From positions 608,001 through 672,000 of the forward strand of contig CAUVXB020000001.1 in assembly GCA_963555825.3 (NCBI GenBank): a stretch of 64,000 bases of DNA, written 5' to 3'. The notes under the pieces are model-generated. The model ran no database searches and was not told the origin of the DNA. It saw nothing but the letters and a program-made list of their open reading frames with translations. The DNA comes from Alphaproteobacteria bacterium. Lineage in GTDB: Bacteria > Pseudomonadota > Alphaproteobacteria > JAAXGF01. Made by a program: the position numbers and the translations under genes. This document shows, one piece after another, positions 53,317-64,000 of this stretch (positions are counted from its first letter, which is position 1; the number at the start of each line of letters is the position of its first letter).

Positions 53317-54143
53317 GCCAGCTTGATGCGCATATGCTCGCGGGCGACGATCGTGCCTTCCCATTCCAGGCGCGCGTTGGCCTCGACCCCGTCCATGAAA
53401 CGATCCTCGTGGTCGGGGTCGTGGTGAAAGATGGCGAGGCGTTTGACGTTGGCGGCCCGGCACAGGCGGATACCCTCCTGCCAAGTCGAATGGCCCCAGC
53501 CGATCTTGGCCGGGAACTCGTCGTCGGTGTAGGTCGAGTCGTAGACGACCAGGTCGGCGCCGTCGATCAGGCCGAGGATGTTCTCGTCCGGCTTGCCAAT
53601 GACGTGTTCGGTGTCGGTCACGTAGCAGAACGATTTGCCGGCGTACTCGATGCGGTAGCCGGTCGCGCCGTTCGGGTGGTTGAGCGGCGCGGTACGTATC
53701 TTGACCTCCGGATCGGCGGGCACGTCGAAGGCCTCACCGGCGCGGAAGTCCTCGAAACTGATGTGCGACAGCATGGCGCCGATTGGCACCGGGAACATTG
53801 GCTGCGACATCTGGCCCGCGAGCACCTCCTGGATGCCTTCGCGGTCGGCGAGATGCCCGGCCATGATTTTGAACGAATAGCCATCCTGGAAGGCAGGCAC
53901 GAAGAACGGGAAACCGTTGATGTGGTCCCAGTGGGTGTGCGACAAGAGGATCGTCGCGCGATGGACGTCCTTGCGCAGGAACCAAGTGCCGAGGCTGCGG
54001 ATGCCGGTGCCGGCGTCCAGGATGATCTTCGTCCCGCCCACCGAGACCTCGATGCAGCTTGTATTGCCGCCAAAGGCGAGGTGGTTCGCCGTCGGGCAGG
54101 CGATGCTGCCCCGAACCCCCCAAAACTTTACTTTGAAACCCAT
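53313..54143 (-). CDS. MBL-fold metallohydrolase (RNase Z/PhnP-like phosphodiesterase)
   Basis: WGVRGS, GGNTSC, DAGTG, HTHWDH, TDTE, WGHS, FHHDP. Confidence 0.9.
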   Translation of the reverse strand: MGFKVKFWGVRGSIACPTANHLAFGGNTSCIEVSVGGTKIILDAGTGIRSLGTWFLRKDVHRATILLSHTHWDHINGFPFFVPAFQDGYSFKIMAGHLADREGIQEVLAGQMSQPMFPVPIGAMLSHISFEDFRAGEAFDVPADPEVKIRTAPLNHPNGATGYRIEYAGKSFCYVTDTEHVIGKPDENILGLIDGADLVVYDSTYTDDEFPAKIGWGHSTWQEGIRLCRAANVKRLAIFHHDPDHEDRFMDGVEANARLEWEGTIVAREHMRIKLA

Positions 54144-54418
54144 CGACTGCCGATGCTTTACCCGCCCCCAATGGGTTCTTATATCGCCGTTTTATTGTCA
54201 TGTGTCAAATTTGCAGGTGGATCGGCGTACCGCGCGCTGCGATGCTTGAAAGCGATGTCCACGCTGGAAATTTACGGTATCGCGGTCGAATTCAGTGAAC
54301 GGCCGCGTTTTGCGCTTGCAGCTTGCGACCGACGAACGCAAGAATTCACCGGAGACCCTCGTCTGTTGAAGCAGTCTCAGGTTTCAGTCCAACTTCGACA
54401 CGAAAGACAGATCGCGCC

Positions 54419-55948
54419 ATGAGCAAACCGCGCAACGTCCTCTTCATCACGCCGGACCAGTGGCGCGCCGACTGCCTGTCGACGCTCGGCCACCCGACGA
54501 TAAAGACGCCCAATTTCGACGCGCTCGCCGCCGATGGCGTGCTGTTCCGCAACCACTTCGCGCAGTGCTCGCCCTGCGGGCCGAGTCGCACGTCGCTGCT
54601 CACCGGCATGTACATGATGAACACCCGCTCGGTGCGCAACGGCACACCGCTCGATGCGCGGTTTACCAATATCGCCCTCGAGCTGCGTGGCGCCGGCTAT
54701 GACCCGGCGGTCATCGGCTACACCGACACCAGCGTCGATCCGAGGCTCTATGGTCCCGACGATCCGGCCCTGACGAACGGCTATGAGGGCCTGCTGCCGG
54801 GCTTCAGGCCGATTGCCCTGCTGCCGACCGATCCCGTGGTGTGGGTCGAATATCTGCGCGAACTCGGCTATGACGTCCCCGAACGCCCGTTCGATGTCTT
54901 TAAACCCAAGGACGGCCATGAGGCGCTCGGCGGCTTCGGCCCGTTCGACGCGCCAGCCATCTATCGCGCCGAGCACAGCGACACCGCGTTCTGCACCGAC
55001 CTGGCGATCGACCATATCGCGCGCGAGGGCGGGACGCCGTGGTTCCTGCACCTCGTCTACCTCAAGCCGCACCCGCCGTACATCGTGCCTGAGCCGTACA
55101 ACCGCATGTATGACCCCGCCGGCGGCCCGCCGTTCCGTCGCGCGGCCTCGCCCGAGGAAGAGGCCGCGCAGCATCCGTTCCTGGCGGCGCGGGTCCACGG
55201 CCCACGCGGGGTCGGCGACATGGACGAGGCCGATCAACGGCAGCTGCGCGCGACGTACTACGGCATGATTACCGAGGTCGACGACAACATCGGCCGGCTG
55301 GTCGCCTTCCTCAAGGAGAGCGGCCGTTACGACGACACGCTGATCGTCGTGACCAGCGATCACGGCGACATGCTGGGCGACCATTGGATGACCAGCAAGG
55401 AGATCTATTTCGACCAGACCTTCCACGTGCCGCTGATCGTTCGCGCGCCCGGCGCGGCGATGGACGCCGGCCGCGGCCGGGTCGTCGAGGCCTTCACCGA
55501 GAACGTCGACCTCATGCCGACGTTCCTCGACGCGCTCGGCCTCGATGTGCCGGCGCAGTGCGACGGCGCCTCGCTCATGCCGTTTCTCGACGGCGGCGCG
55601 CCGGCGCGTTGGCGCGACGCGGCGCATTGGGAGTACGACTTCCGCGACGTCGCCGACGCGAGCCTCGAGAACCACCTCGACATCGCGTTCGACGAATGCC
55701 ATCTCGCGGTGATCCGGGACGCGCGCTACAAATACGTCCACTTCGCGGCCCTGCCGCCGCTGTTCTTCGACATCGCCAACGATCCCGACGAGCGCAACGA
55801 CCTGGCGGGCGATCCGGCCCATGCCGCGACCATGCTCGGCTATGCGCAGAGGATGCTGTCGTGGCGCATGGCCAACGTCGAGCGCACCCTGACGGGCATC
55901 CTGCTGACGCCCGAGGGGCCGATCGAGTTGGACCGTCCGCGCCGATGA
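54419..55948 (+). CDS. Sulfatase-family hydrolase, phosphonate monoester hydrolase-like
   Basis: DQWR, CGPSR (CxPxR formylglycine motif), GYTD, PHPP, SDHG, YVHF.ALPP. Confidence 0.85.
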   Translation: MSKPRNVLFITPDQWRADCLSTLGHPTIKTPNFDALAADGVLFRNHFAQCSPCGPSRTSLLTGMYMMNTRSVRNGTPLDARFTNIALELRGAGYDPAVIGYTDTSVDPRLYGPDDPALTNGYEGLLPGFRPIALLPTDPVVWVEYLRELGYDVPERPFDVFKPKDGHEALGGFGPFDAPAIYRAEHSDTAFCTDLAIDHIAREGGTPWFLHLVYLKPHPPYIVPEPYNRMYDPAGGPPFRRAASPEEEAAQHPFLAARVHGPRGVGDMDEADQRQLRATYYGMITEVDDNIGRLVAFLKESGRYDDTLIVVTSDHGDMLGDHWMTSKEIYFDQTFHVPLIVRAPGAAMDAGRGRVVEAFTENVDLMPTFLDALGLDVPAQCDGASLMPFLDGGAPARWRDAAHWEYDFRDVADASLENHLDIAFDECHLAVIRDARYKYVHFAALPPLFFDIANDPDERNDLAGDPAHAATMLGYAQRMLSWRMANVERTLTGILLTPEGPIELDRPRR

Positions 55949-58900
55949 CCGACGCCATGATCTTCGCCGGGCCGCAGCCGCCGCCCGATACGCTGCGCGT
56001 CGCGCTCCGCGAAGCCTACCGGGCGGACGAGACCGAGCTGGTGCGACGCCTGGTCGACGAGGCGCAGCTGCCGCACGACATCCTCGACCGGATCGCCCAG
56101 CGCGCCCGCGCGTTGGTCGTCGAGGTGCGCAACCAACGCCTTGGCCATGGCGGCCTCGACGCCTTTCTTCACGAGTATGGCCTGTCGAGCAGGGAGGGCG
56201 TGGTGTTGATGTGCCTCGCCGAGGCCATGCTGCGCATCCCCGACGCCGAGACCATCGACAAGCTGATCAAGGACAAGATCGCTGACGCCGATTGGGAGAC
56301 TCACCTGGGCCACAGCGATTCGATGTTCGTCAACGCCTCGACTTGGGCGTTGATGTTGACCGGCCGGGTGGTCGGCCTCGACGACAACGATACGCGCGAT
56401 TTCGTCGGCGCGCTGCGCCGCCTCGTCCACCGCTCGGGCGAGCCGGTGATCCGCAACGCGGTGATCCAGGCGATGCGCATCCTGGGCCGCCAGTTCGTCA
56501 TGGGCCGGACGGTCGACGAGGCACTCGAGCGGGCCCGCCCGTCGGAGCGCGAGGGCTACCGTTATTCATACGACATGCTCGGCGAAGCGGCGCGCACCAT
56601 GGCCGACGCCGACCGCTACTTCGAGTCGTACCAGCGCGCCATCGCGGCGATCGGCGGGGCTGGCCAGGGCCGCGGCGTGAACGATTCGCCGGGCATCTCG
56701 GTCAAGCTGTCGGCGCTGCATCCGCGCTATGAGTTCGGCCAGCACGCGCGTGTCGTTGGCGAGCTCGCGCCGCGGCTCAAGGCGCTGGCGCTGCTGGCCA
56801 AGACGGGCGATATCGGTTTCACCATCGACGCCGAGGAGGCCGACCGCCTCGACCTCTCGCTCGACGTCATCGAGGCGGTCGCGGGCGATCCCGACCTGGC
56901 CGGCTGGAACGGCCTCGGCGTCGTCGTTCAGGGCTATCAGAAGCGCGCCACCATGGTGCTCGATTGGCTCGCCGACGCGGCGCGCCGGCATGACCGGCGT
57001 TTCATGCTGCGCCTGGTCAAGGGCGCCTACTGGGATACCGAGATCAAGCGCAGTCAGGAACAAGGTCTCGAAGGCTATCCGGTGTTCACGCGCAAGGCCT
57101 CGACCGACGTCTCCTACCTCGCCTGCGCGCGGCGACTGTTCGCCGAACCGGGCGCCTTCTACCCGCAGTTCGCGACCCATAACGCCCACACGGTGGCCGC
57201 CGTCATGGAACTCGCCGGCGCAAGCCGTGATTTCGAGTTCCAACGCCTCCACGGCATGGGCGAGGCGCTCTATGCCCAGATCGTCGGCGCCGGCGACGAC
57301 GGGCTGCCGGTGCGTGTCTATGCGCCAGTCGGCAGCCACGAGGACCTGCTCGCCTATCTGGTGCGCCGCCTGCTGGAAAACGGCGCCAACAGCTCGTTCG
57401 TCAATCGCATCGTCGACGAGGCGCTACCGATCGACGAGATCATCGCCGATCCGGTCGCAAAGGTGCGCCGCATGGCGCAGATCCCGCACCGGCGGATCCC
57501 GCTACCGGTCGATCTCTACGGCGGCGACCGGCGCAACGCGGCCGGCATCGACCTGACCGATGCGCGCGCGCTGGCGCCGCTCGCCGAGGCGATGGCGCGG
57601 GCGGCGGCCGAGGGCTGGTCGGCGGGACCGATCATCGGCGGCGTTGCCGAGGCCGGCGTCGCGCTGCCGATTAGCGATCCGAGCGACCGTCGGCGTACCG
57701 TCGGCGCGGTCGTCCAGTCGACCGGCGCTCATGTCGAGAAGTCGCTGGTCCGCGCCCATCGCGCCGCGCCCGGCTGGGACGCGACACCGGCCGACGCGCG
57801 CGCCGCCTGCCTCGAACGCGCGGCGGATGCCATGGAAAGCGACCGCGCCAGCCTGATGGCGCTGTTCGTCCGCGAGGCCGGCAAGACGATCGCCGACGCC
57901 CAGGGCGAACTGCGAGAGGCGATCGATTTTTGCCGCTATTACGCGAACCGCGCGCGCACCGATTTCGGTGCGCCGGTCACATTGCCTGGCCCGACCGGCG
58001 AGAGCAACGAGATCGCGCTGCACGGTCGCGGCGTGTTTGTCTGCATCAGCCCGTGGAACTTCCCCTTCGCGATCTTCACCGGCCAGGTCGCCGCCGCGCT
58101 CGGCGCCGGCAACGCGGTCATCGCCAAGCCGGCCGAGCAGACGCCGCTCGCCGCCGCCGCCTCGGTGCGGCTGTTTCACCAGGCCGGCGCGCCGGGCGAT
58201 GTGCTGCACCTGTTGCCCGGCGACGGCGCCGAGATCGGCGGCGCGTTGGTCGCCGATGCGCGCGTCGCCGGCGTCTGCTTCACCGGCTCGACCGAGACCG
58301 CGCAGCTGATCAACCGCACGCTCGCCGGGCGCGACGGGCCGATCGTGCCGCTCATCGCCGAGACCGGTGGACAGAACGCGATGATCGTCGATTCGTCGGC
58401 GCTGCCCGAGCAGGTCGTCAACGACGTCGTCGTCTCGGCGTTCCAGAGCGCCGGGCAGCGTTGTTCGGCGCTGCGCGTCTTGTACCTGCAGAGCGACGTC
58501 GCCGAGCGCATCACCGGCATGCTCGCCGGCGCCATGAAAGAGCTGGCGGTTGGCGATCCGGCGCTGCTCGCGACCGACGTCGGCCCGGTGATCGACGGCG
58601 AAGCCAAGGCGCTGCTCGACGGCCACATCAAGCGCATGGAGAGCGAGGGCCGGCTGATCGCGCGCGCCGCGCTCGGCCCCGACACCCAGCACGGCACCTT
58701 CGTCGCGCCAGCCGCATTCGAGATCGATAGCCTGAAGCGCCTGCAGCGCGAGGTGTTCGGGCCGATCCTGCATGTCATTCGTTACGACGCCGACCGACTC
58801 GACGCCGTGCTCGACGACATCGACGCGACCGGCTACGGCCTGACGCTGGGCATTCACAGCCGCATCGACGACACCGCCGCGCATATCCACCGGCGGCTCA

Positions 58901-59109
58901 AGGTCGGTAACACCTACGTCAACCGCAACCAGATCGGCGCCATCGTCGGCGTCCAGCCGTTCGGCGGCGAGGGTCTCTCGGGCACCGGGCCGAAGGCGGG
59001 CGGGCCACACTACCTGCACCGCTTCGCGACCGAACGCACACTGTCGATCGACACCACCGCGGCCGGCGGCAACGCATCATTGCTGTCGTTGGAGGAGGGC
59101 GGCGGCTAA
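55945..59109 (+). CDS. putA: Bifunctional proline dehydrogenase / P5C dehydrogenase
   Basis: [53 protein letters not shown]. Confidence 0.97.
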   Translation: MTDAMIFAGPQPPPDTLRVALREAYRADETELVRRLVDEAQLPHDILDRIAQRARALVVEVRNQRLGHGGLDAFLHEYGLSSREGVVLMCLAEAMLRIPDAETIDKLIKDKIADADWETHLGHSDSMFVNASTWALMLTGRVVGLDDNDTRDFVGALRRLVHRSGEPVIRNAVIQAMRILGRQFVMGRTVDEALERARPSEREGYRYSYDMLGEAARTMADADRYFESYQRAIAAIGGAGQGRGVNDSPGISVKLSALHPRYEFGQHARVVGELAPRLKALALLAKTGDIGFTIDAEEADRLDLSLDVIEAVAGDPDLAGWNGLGVVVQGYQKRATMVLDWLADAARRHDRRFMLRLVKGAYWDTEIKRSQEQGLEGYPVFTRKASTDVSYLACARRLFAEPGAFYPQFATHNAHTVAAVMELAGASRDFEFQRLHGMGEALYAQIVGAGDDGLPVRVYAPVGSHEDLLAYLVRRLLENGANSSFVNRIVDEALPIDEIIADPVAKVRRMAQIPHRRIPLPVDLYGGDRRNAAGIDLTDARALAPLAEAMARAAAEGWSAGPIIGGVAEAGVALPISDPSDRRRTVGAVVQSTGAHVEKSLVRAHRAAPGWDATPADARAACLERAADAMESDRASLMALFVREAGKTIADAQGELREAIDFCRYYANRARTDFGAPVTLPGPTGESNEIALHGRGVFVCISPWNFPFAIFTGQVAAALGAGNAVIAKPAEQTPLAAAASVRLFHQAGAPGDVLHLLPGDGAEIGGALVADARVAGVCFTGSTETAQLINRTLAGRDGPIVPLIAETGGQNAMIVDSSALPEQVVNDVVVSAFQSAGQRCSALRVLYLQSDVAERITGMLAGAMKELAVGDPALLATDVGPVIDGEAKALLDGHIKRMESEGRLIARAALGPDTQHGTFVAPAAFEIDSLKRLQREVFGPILHVIRYDADRLDAVLDDIDATGYGLTLGIHSRIDDTAAHIHRRLKVGNTYVNRNQIGAIVGVQPFGGEGLSGTGPKAGGPHYLHRFATERTLSIDTTAAGGNASLLSLEEGGG

Positions 59110-59140
59110 CGGCCGAGGCCGTCCGAGGCAGCCTGTGCCG

Positions 59141-60019
59141 TCAGTCTTCGAGGAAATCGAAGCGAAACGCGTCGCCCGCGGAAACGACTCGGCCGGCCGT
59201 CACGCCGGGGAAATGCGCCGGCACGACGACGATGTCGCTGTCGGCGACCGCGCCGAGGACGCGGCGACGGGTGCGCGCCGAGGCCGCCGGGTCCCAGCAG
59301 AAGCGCGTCGACCAGTCGGGCTCGAGGCATTGCACCGCGTGGTGCATCACGTCCCCGGTGAAGATCGCCCGGGCGCCGTTCGAGCGCGCGTTGACGCAGA
59401 CGTGGCCCGGCGTGTGACCAGCCGACGGGGTCAGCCAGATCTCGTCGTCGAGCGCGAAGTCGTCGTCGACCAGCCGCGCCTGGCCGGCCTCGACGACCGG
59501 CAGGCACGATTGCGTCCACACCGCGCCCGGCGGGTCGGTGCCCTTGGCCGACTCGGCGGCCCAAGTTTCGTACTCGCGCCGGCCGAACAGGTACCTCGCG
59601 TTGGGGAAGGACGGCACCCAGCGGCTGTCGACCAGCCGCGTGTTCCAACCGACGTGGTCGAAGTGCAGATGGGTGCAGAGGACGTAGTCGACGTCCTCGA
59701 AGCCGAGGCCCTCGGCGGCGAGTCCGTCGAGCCACGGCTGCTTCGGATAGTCGAAGGCCGGGCCCATGCCGTGATCCTTGTCGTCGCCGCAGCAGGTGTC
59801 GATCAGGATGACGTGGTGCCGCGTCCTGACGATAAAGGACTGGTAAGTGATGACGAGCATGTCCCGGTCGCGGTCGTAGACGAACGGGTCGAGCTCGGCG
59901 AGCCGCGCCTGGATCAACGCCGGGTCGACATCGGGAAAATAGCCCGTTGGATGACGCCACGGGCCGTCGCGCTCGATGATGCTCGAGACCCGGATATCGC
60001 CGACCGAGATCGGCTTCAT
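59141..60019 (-). CDS. MBL-fold hydrolase (lactonase-like)
   Basis: THLHFDHVGWN, GHTPGH, GD..H, AHF; ATGA-coupled to the Fe-ADH. Confidence 0.88.
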   Translation of the reverse strand: MKPISVGDIRVSSIIERDGPWRHPTGYFPDVDPALIQARLAELDPFVYDRDRDMLVITYQSFIVRTRHHVILIDTCCGDDKDHGMGPAFDYPKQPWLDGLAAEGLGFEDVDYVLCTHLHFDHVGWNTRLVDSRWVPSFPNARYLFGRREYETWAAESAKGTDPPGAVWTQSCLPVVEAGQARLVDDDFALDDEIWLTPSAGHTPGHVCVNARSNGARAIFTGDVMHHAVQCLEPDWSTRFCWDPAASARTRRRVLGAVADSDIVVVPAHFPGVTAGRVVSAGDAFRFDFLED

Positions 60020-61197
60020 ACGGTCAGCTCGCCGCTCACCGACATTTCGAACATGCGGCGCAGCTCGGGCTCGCCGACCGGCACCGGGTTGCCGCCGCAG
60101 GAGGGATCGATCGCCGCCATCGGCGTCAGCTCGTCGATGTGTTCGGCGCGAATGCCAAGCTCGGCGAGCGTCGGCGCGATGTCGAGCTCGGCGCGCAGCG
60201 CCAGCACCCAATCTTGCACCGCGTCGAACGACGGGTTGGGCAGATCGAGATAGCGCGCCAGCGCGGTCATGCGCTGCTCGATCGCCGAGCGGTTGAAGGC
60301 CAGCACATAGGGCATGATGACCGCGTTGGTCAGGCCGTGATGGGTGTCGTGCACCGCGCCGCACGGATGGCTCAGCGCGTGGATCGCGCCGAGGCCTTTC
60401 TGGAACGCGGTCGCGCCCATGGTCGCGGCCGCCAGCATATGGGCGCGGGCAACGAGGTTGCCGCCGTCGGCGACCGCGGCGGGCAGCCATTCCTTGACCA
60501 GACGCATGCCCTCGAGCGCGATGCCCTGCGCCATCGGGTGGAAATGCGGCGAGCAGAAGGCCTCGAGGTTGTGCGCCAGCGCGTCCATGCCGGTCCAGGC
60601 GGTGATGTTCTTGGGCAGCCCGAGCGTGAGTTCGGGATCGGCGATGACGATGCCGGGCATCATGTTGGGGTGGAAGATGATCTTCTTGAGATGGCTTTCC
60701 TGGTCGGTGATGACCGAGGCGCGGCCGACCTCGGAACCGGTGCCCGCCGTGGTCGGCACCGCGACGACCGGCGCCATGCCGAAGACGTTGACCCGGGTTG
60801 ACCAGTCCTCGCGATCCTCGAAGTCCCAGATCGGCCGATCCTGGCCGACCATCAGGGCGATCGCCTTGGCGGCGTCGAGCGCGCTGCCGCCGCCGAAGGC
60901 GATGACGCCGTCGCAGCCGGTCGCGCGGTAGACCGCGACGCCGTCGTCGACGTTCTTGCCGACCGGGTTGCCCTTGATGTCGGAGAACAGGGCGGTCTCG
61001 AGCCCGGCCGCCAGGTTGGCGGCGCGCGCGGCCTCGATCATCGGCAGCTTCGCGAGACCGGGATCGGTGACCAACAGCGGCCGCGTCATGCCGAGTTCGG
61101 TGCAGGCGTCGGCGAGCTCGGCGATGCGTCCCGGCCCGAAGCGCATCAGCGTCGGGAAGTTCCAGTTGCCGCGCAGCGTCTGTGGATCGATGGTCAT
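60016..61197 (-). CDS. Iron-containing alcohol dehydrogenase
   Basis: GGGSALD, PTTAGTGSE, GMDALAH, H..SH...HHG. Confidence 0.95.
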   Translation of the reverse strand: MTIDPQTLRGNWNFPTLMRFGPGRIAELADACTELGMTRPLLVTDPGLAKLPMIEAARAANLAAGLETALFSDIKGNPVGKNVDDGVAVYRATGCDGVIAFGGGSALDAAKAIALMVGQDRPIWDFEDREDWSTRVNVFGMAPVVAVPTTAGTGSEVGRASVITDQESHLKKIIFHPNMMPGIVIADPELTLGLPKNITAWTGMDALAHNLEAFCSPHFHPMAQGIALEGMRLVKEWLPAAVADGGNLVARAHMLAAATMGATAFQKGLGAIHALSHPCGAVHDTHHGLTNAVIMPYVLAFNRSAIEQRMTALARYLDLPNPSFDAVQDWVLALRAELDIAPTLAELGIRAEHIDELTPMAAIDPSCGGNPVPVGEPELRRMFEMSVSGELTV

Positions 61198-61237
61198 CGG
61201 CGTGAAGTCCTCGGAGTCAATCTACATGGCGGTGCGC

Positions 61238-62629
61238 CTATACGGCGGTTCGCAGGTGGAATGATTTCGGTCGCGTCAGGTAGTCGTAGCCGAGCGCCGA
61301 CAGGCTGCAGCCGCGCCCCGAATCCTTGACGCCGACCCAGGCGAGCGCCGGATCGAGATAATCGCAGCGGTTCATGAACCAGGTGCCGGTGTCGATGCGG
61401 TCGCCGATGTCGATCGCCGCCTCGACGTCGGACGTGAAGATCGCGGCGGTCAGGCCAAAGCTGCTGTCGTTCATCAGCGCGATCGCGTCTTCGTCGGACG
61501 CGACCTTCATGATGCCGAGCGCGGGGCCGAAGGTTTCCTCGCGCATCAACGCCATCGAATGGTCGACGTCGACCAGCAGTTGCGGCGCCCGGTACGGACC
61601 GTCGCCGGTGTCGGCGGCGAACCGGCTCTCGTCGATCAACGCCCGGGCGCCCTTCGACACGGCTTCGCCGACCTGTTGCCGCACCGTCGTCGCTGCGCTC
61701 GCCCGCACCAACGGCCCAAGCGTCGTCGCGGCATCGAGCGGGCTGCCGAGCTGGTAGCCACCGACCAGCGCGGCGGCGCCCTCGACGAAGGCGTCGTAGA
61801 CATCGGCGTGGACATAGGCGCGCTCGATCCCGCAACACGACTGGCCGGCGTTGAAGAAGGCGCCGTCGACCACCGTGTCGATGGCATGCGCCAGATCGGC
61901 GTCGGCGCGCACATAGGCCGGGTCCTTGCCGCCGAGCTCGAGACCGGTCGCGATGAAGCGTTCGCTGGCGGCCCGCTGCACGGCGTGGCCGCCCTCGACC
62001 GAACCGGTGAAGGCGACGAAGGCGACGCGCGGATCGCCGACCACCTGCGCGACGCCGGCGTGGCTCATGTGCAGATACTGGAACACGCCCTCTGGCAGGC
62101 CGGCGGCGGCGAAGGCCTCGGCGAACCGCTCGGCGCACAGCGGTGTCTGCGCCGAATGCTTGAGCACGACGGCGTTGCCCGCCATCAGCGCGGGGACGAC
62201 GGCGTTGACCGCGGTGAGGTACGGATAGTTCCACGGCGCCACCACGAACACGACGCCGAGCGGCTCGTGCCGGATGAAGCGCGTGAAGCCTTCCTTCCGC
62301 CCGACGTCGACGTCGGCGAGCGCCGCGTCGGCGGCGGCGATCATATGGCGTGCGCGTTCCTCGAAACCGGCGACCTCGCCGGGCGCATGCGAGACGGGCC
62401 GGCCCATCTGCCAGCTCAGCTCCCCGGCGATCGCGTCGCGCTTGGCGACGAAGGCGTCGACCGCACGGCCGAGCAGGGCGGCACGCTCGCTCAACGGCGT
62501 CCGTTTCCATGCCGCCTGCGCGCTCACGGCGGCGCTCAACGTGCGATCGATCTCGCCCGATCCGGCGAGCGGCCGCTCGACATAGACGCTGCCGTCGACC
62601 GGCGAGATGGTCTTGAGGGTATCGGTCAT
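61238..62629 (-). CDS. Aldehyde dehydrogenase
   Basis: PWNYP, FTGS, LELGGKDP, GQSCC, EETFGP. Confidence 0.95.
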   Translation of the reverse strand: MTDTLKTISPVDGSVYVERPLAGSGEIDRTLSAAVSAQAAWKRTPLSERAALLGRAVDAFVAKRDAIAGELSWQMGRPVSHAPGEVAGFEERARHMIAAADAALADVDVGRKEGFTRFIRHEPLGVVFVVAPWNYPYLTAVNAVVPALMAGNAVVLKHSAQTPLCAERFAEAFAAAGLPEGVFQYLHMSHAGVAQVVGDPRVAFVAFTGSVEGGHAVQRAASERFIATGLELGGKDPAYVRADADLAHAIDTVVDGAFFNAGQSCCGIERAYVHADVYDAFVEGAAALVGGYQLGSPLDAATTLGPLVRASAATTVRQQVGEAVSKGARALIDESRFAADTGDGPYRAPQLLVDVDHSMALMREETFGPALGIMKVASDEDAIALMNDSSFGLTAAIFTSDVEAAIDIGDRIDTGTWFMNRCDYLDPALAWVGVKDSGRGCSLSALGYDYLTRPKSFHLRTAV

Positions 62630-62713
62630 GATTGCGCGCTCCGCTTCGGTCTCGAGGGTCGGCTCAGCCGTCAGAGTATGCGGGCCTTTGCCGCAAGCCG
62701 AGCGGTTTTTTGA

Positions 62714-63580
62714 TCACGGGCCAAGCGTGATCGTCGTGGCGCGCAAGATGAAGCGGATCGGTAGCGGCGCATCGCCGGTCACGATGAGTTCGGAGGTGCC
62801 GTTATCGAGGTTCTGACGTTCGTTCCGGGGCAGCCGGTCGCGCGTGTCTGCGTCGAGGAGTGGAACGAGCCGGGCCTCGAAGACGAAGGCCTCGTCGACC
62901 ATGACGTTCGCGTCGGCGCCGCCGAGCGCGAGGCGATGATAGGCGGCGGCTAGTGCCTTGGCGTCGAGCGAGAGCGCCGTGTCGCGGAGACCGCCGGTCA
63001 GGCGCAGCGTGGCCGCGCCCTCGGCCAGGACTTTCTTGTAGAGCGATTCGCGCACCAGCCATTCGAGCCGGTGATCGCCGGCGTTGGTTCCGCTGATGCG
63101 CAGCGTCACGGCAATGACGCCCTGGCCGTCCTGGCGGCGTACCTCGATGGCGTCGATGTTCTGGCGAGCGGCCAGAAACTCGGCGAACCAGATGCTCTGC
63201 GCGATGCCCAATTCCCGCGCTGCGTCCTGTTGGCGGTGGTTGGCGACGACGGCGCCGGCCAGCATGACGTCGAACAGCACGCCGGCGGCGAGCAGCAGAT
63301 ACGCGAACCTGCGTTGACGCGTGACCGCCTCGGGCGCCGCGTTCTCGTGGCGCCGGCCATAGCGCGCGGCGACAAATGTCGCGGCCGACCAGACGATGAC
63401 CCCGCCGAGCACACCGGCGCCCGGAATGACCCAGGCGATGAATGACGGCCAAGTATCATCGCCGAAAATGAAAAGCCACGACACGCCGGCGCCGACGATG
63501 ACGACGCCGTACGCCGCGAGCACGCCGAGACCGACGCCGATCAAGGCGCCGACCAGCGCGTACAGGGTTCTCAGCCGCAC
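62714..63580 (-). CDS. Hypothetical membrane protein
   Basis: Three N-terminal TM segments with W.FIFGDD.WP, then a soluble domain; GTG start inferred. Confidence 0.7.
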   Translation of the reverse strand: MRLRTLYALVGALIGVGLGVLAAYGVVIVGAGVSWLFIFGDDTWPSFIAWVIPGAGVLGGVIVWSAATFVAARYGRRHENAAPEAVTRQRRFAYLLLAAGVLFDVMLAGAVVANHRQQDAARELGIAQSIWFAEFLAARQNIDAIEVRRQDGQGVIAVTLRISGTNAGDHRLEWLVRESLYKKVLAEGAATLRLTGGLRDTALSLDAKALAAAYHRLALGGADANVMVDEAFVFEARLVPLLDADTRDRLPRNERQNLDNGTSELIVTGDAPLPIRFILRATTITLGP

Positions 63581-63731
63581 GGTCCGTTCGCTCCGCCGGC
63601 CACGGTTTCGAGACGCCACGACACGCGTCGATTTTCGAGGAATTCGGCCGGCTTGGCAATGCGGCGCAGAGGAGCCATGCACGACGTTGAATTCACTGGC
63701 CCGAAACGGCGTATGGAGTATTAGTGGGCCC

Positions 63732-64000
63732 ATGTCTGCGCGACCCTTGATCATCGATTGCGACCCCGGGCAGGACGACGCGGTGGCGCTGCTGCTCGCC
63801 TTCGCCTCGCCCGAGTTGGACGTGCGGGCCGTGACCGCGGTGGCGGGCAACGTGCCACTCGAGCTGACCGCGGCAAACGCGCTGCGCATCTGCGAACTCG
63901 CCGGGCGCGCCGACGTGCCGGTCCATGCCGGTTGCGCGCGGCCGCTGCTGGCGCCACTCGAGACCGCCGAGCACGTGCATGGCGAGAGCGGGCTCGCCGG
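63732..64000 (+). CDS. Nucleoside hydrolase (IU-NH family), partial
   Basis: IIDCDPGQDD, AGN, HGESGL; runs off the window end. Confidence 0.92.
   Translation, partial: MSARPLIIDCDPGQDDAVALLLAFASPELDVRAVTAVAGNVPLELTAANALRICELAGRADVPVHAGCARPLLAPLETAEHVHGESGLA

Overview
GC-rich chromosomal window from an alphaproteobacterium; gene order and the rpoA/rplQ sequences look Rhodospirillales-like (inference). The core backbone runs rpoA end-rplQ-rarA-(antiporter)-rluC-HAD-ATP12, pccB/pccA-acyP, lipB-tRNA-Leu-maeB-mgtE, a leucine catabolism region (ivd, thiolase, mccB-liuC-mccA-hmgL, internally deleted Leu dehydrogenase), a sulfatase-family hydrolase coupled to putA, and ALDH/Fe-ADH/MBL genes. A ~13.7 kb accessory segment between acyP and the CHAD-lipB pair carries two TPR-GT41 glycosyltransferase genes (one SPINDLY-like and destroyed, one OGT-like and intact), a head-to-tail IS630 dimer, an IS21 nested in another IS630, and an IS1380. 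Elsewhere are an ISKra4-like element, a nested IS3-in-IS3 inside a 2.6 kb segment bounded by unexplained inverted repeats, an AbrB-Doc toxin-antitoxin pair, and three related MITE-like structured elements, two of which show compensatory base changes. The best leads are (1) an SLC9B/NHA-like antiporter in the slot where the fluoride channel crcB usually sits, (2) the covarying MITE-like family with a shared core but different termini, (3) the inverted-repeat-bounded cassette at 41245-43845, and (4) the SPY-like/OGT-like GT41 pair. All calls come from reading motifs by eye; no database searches were run.
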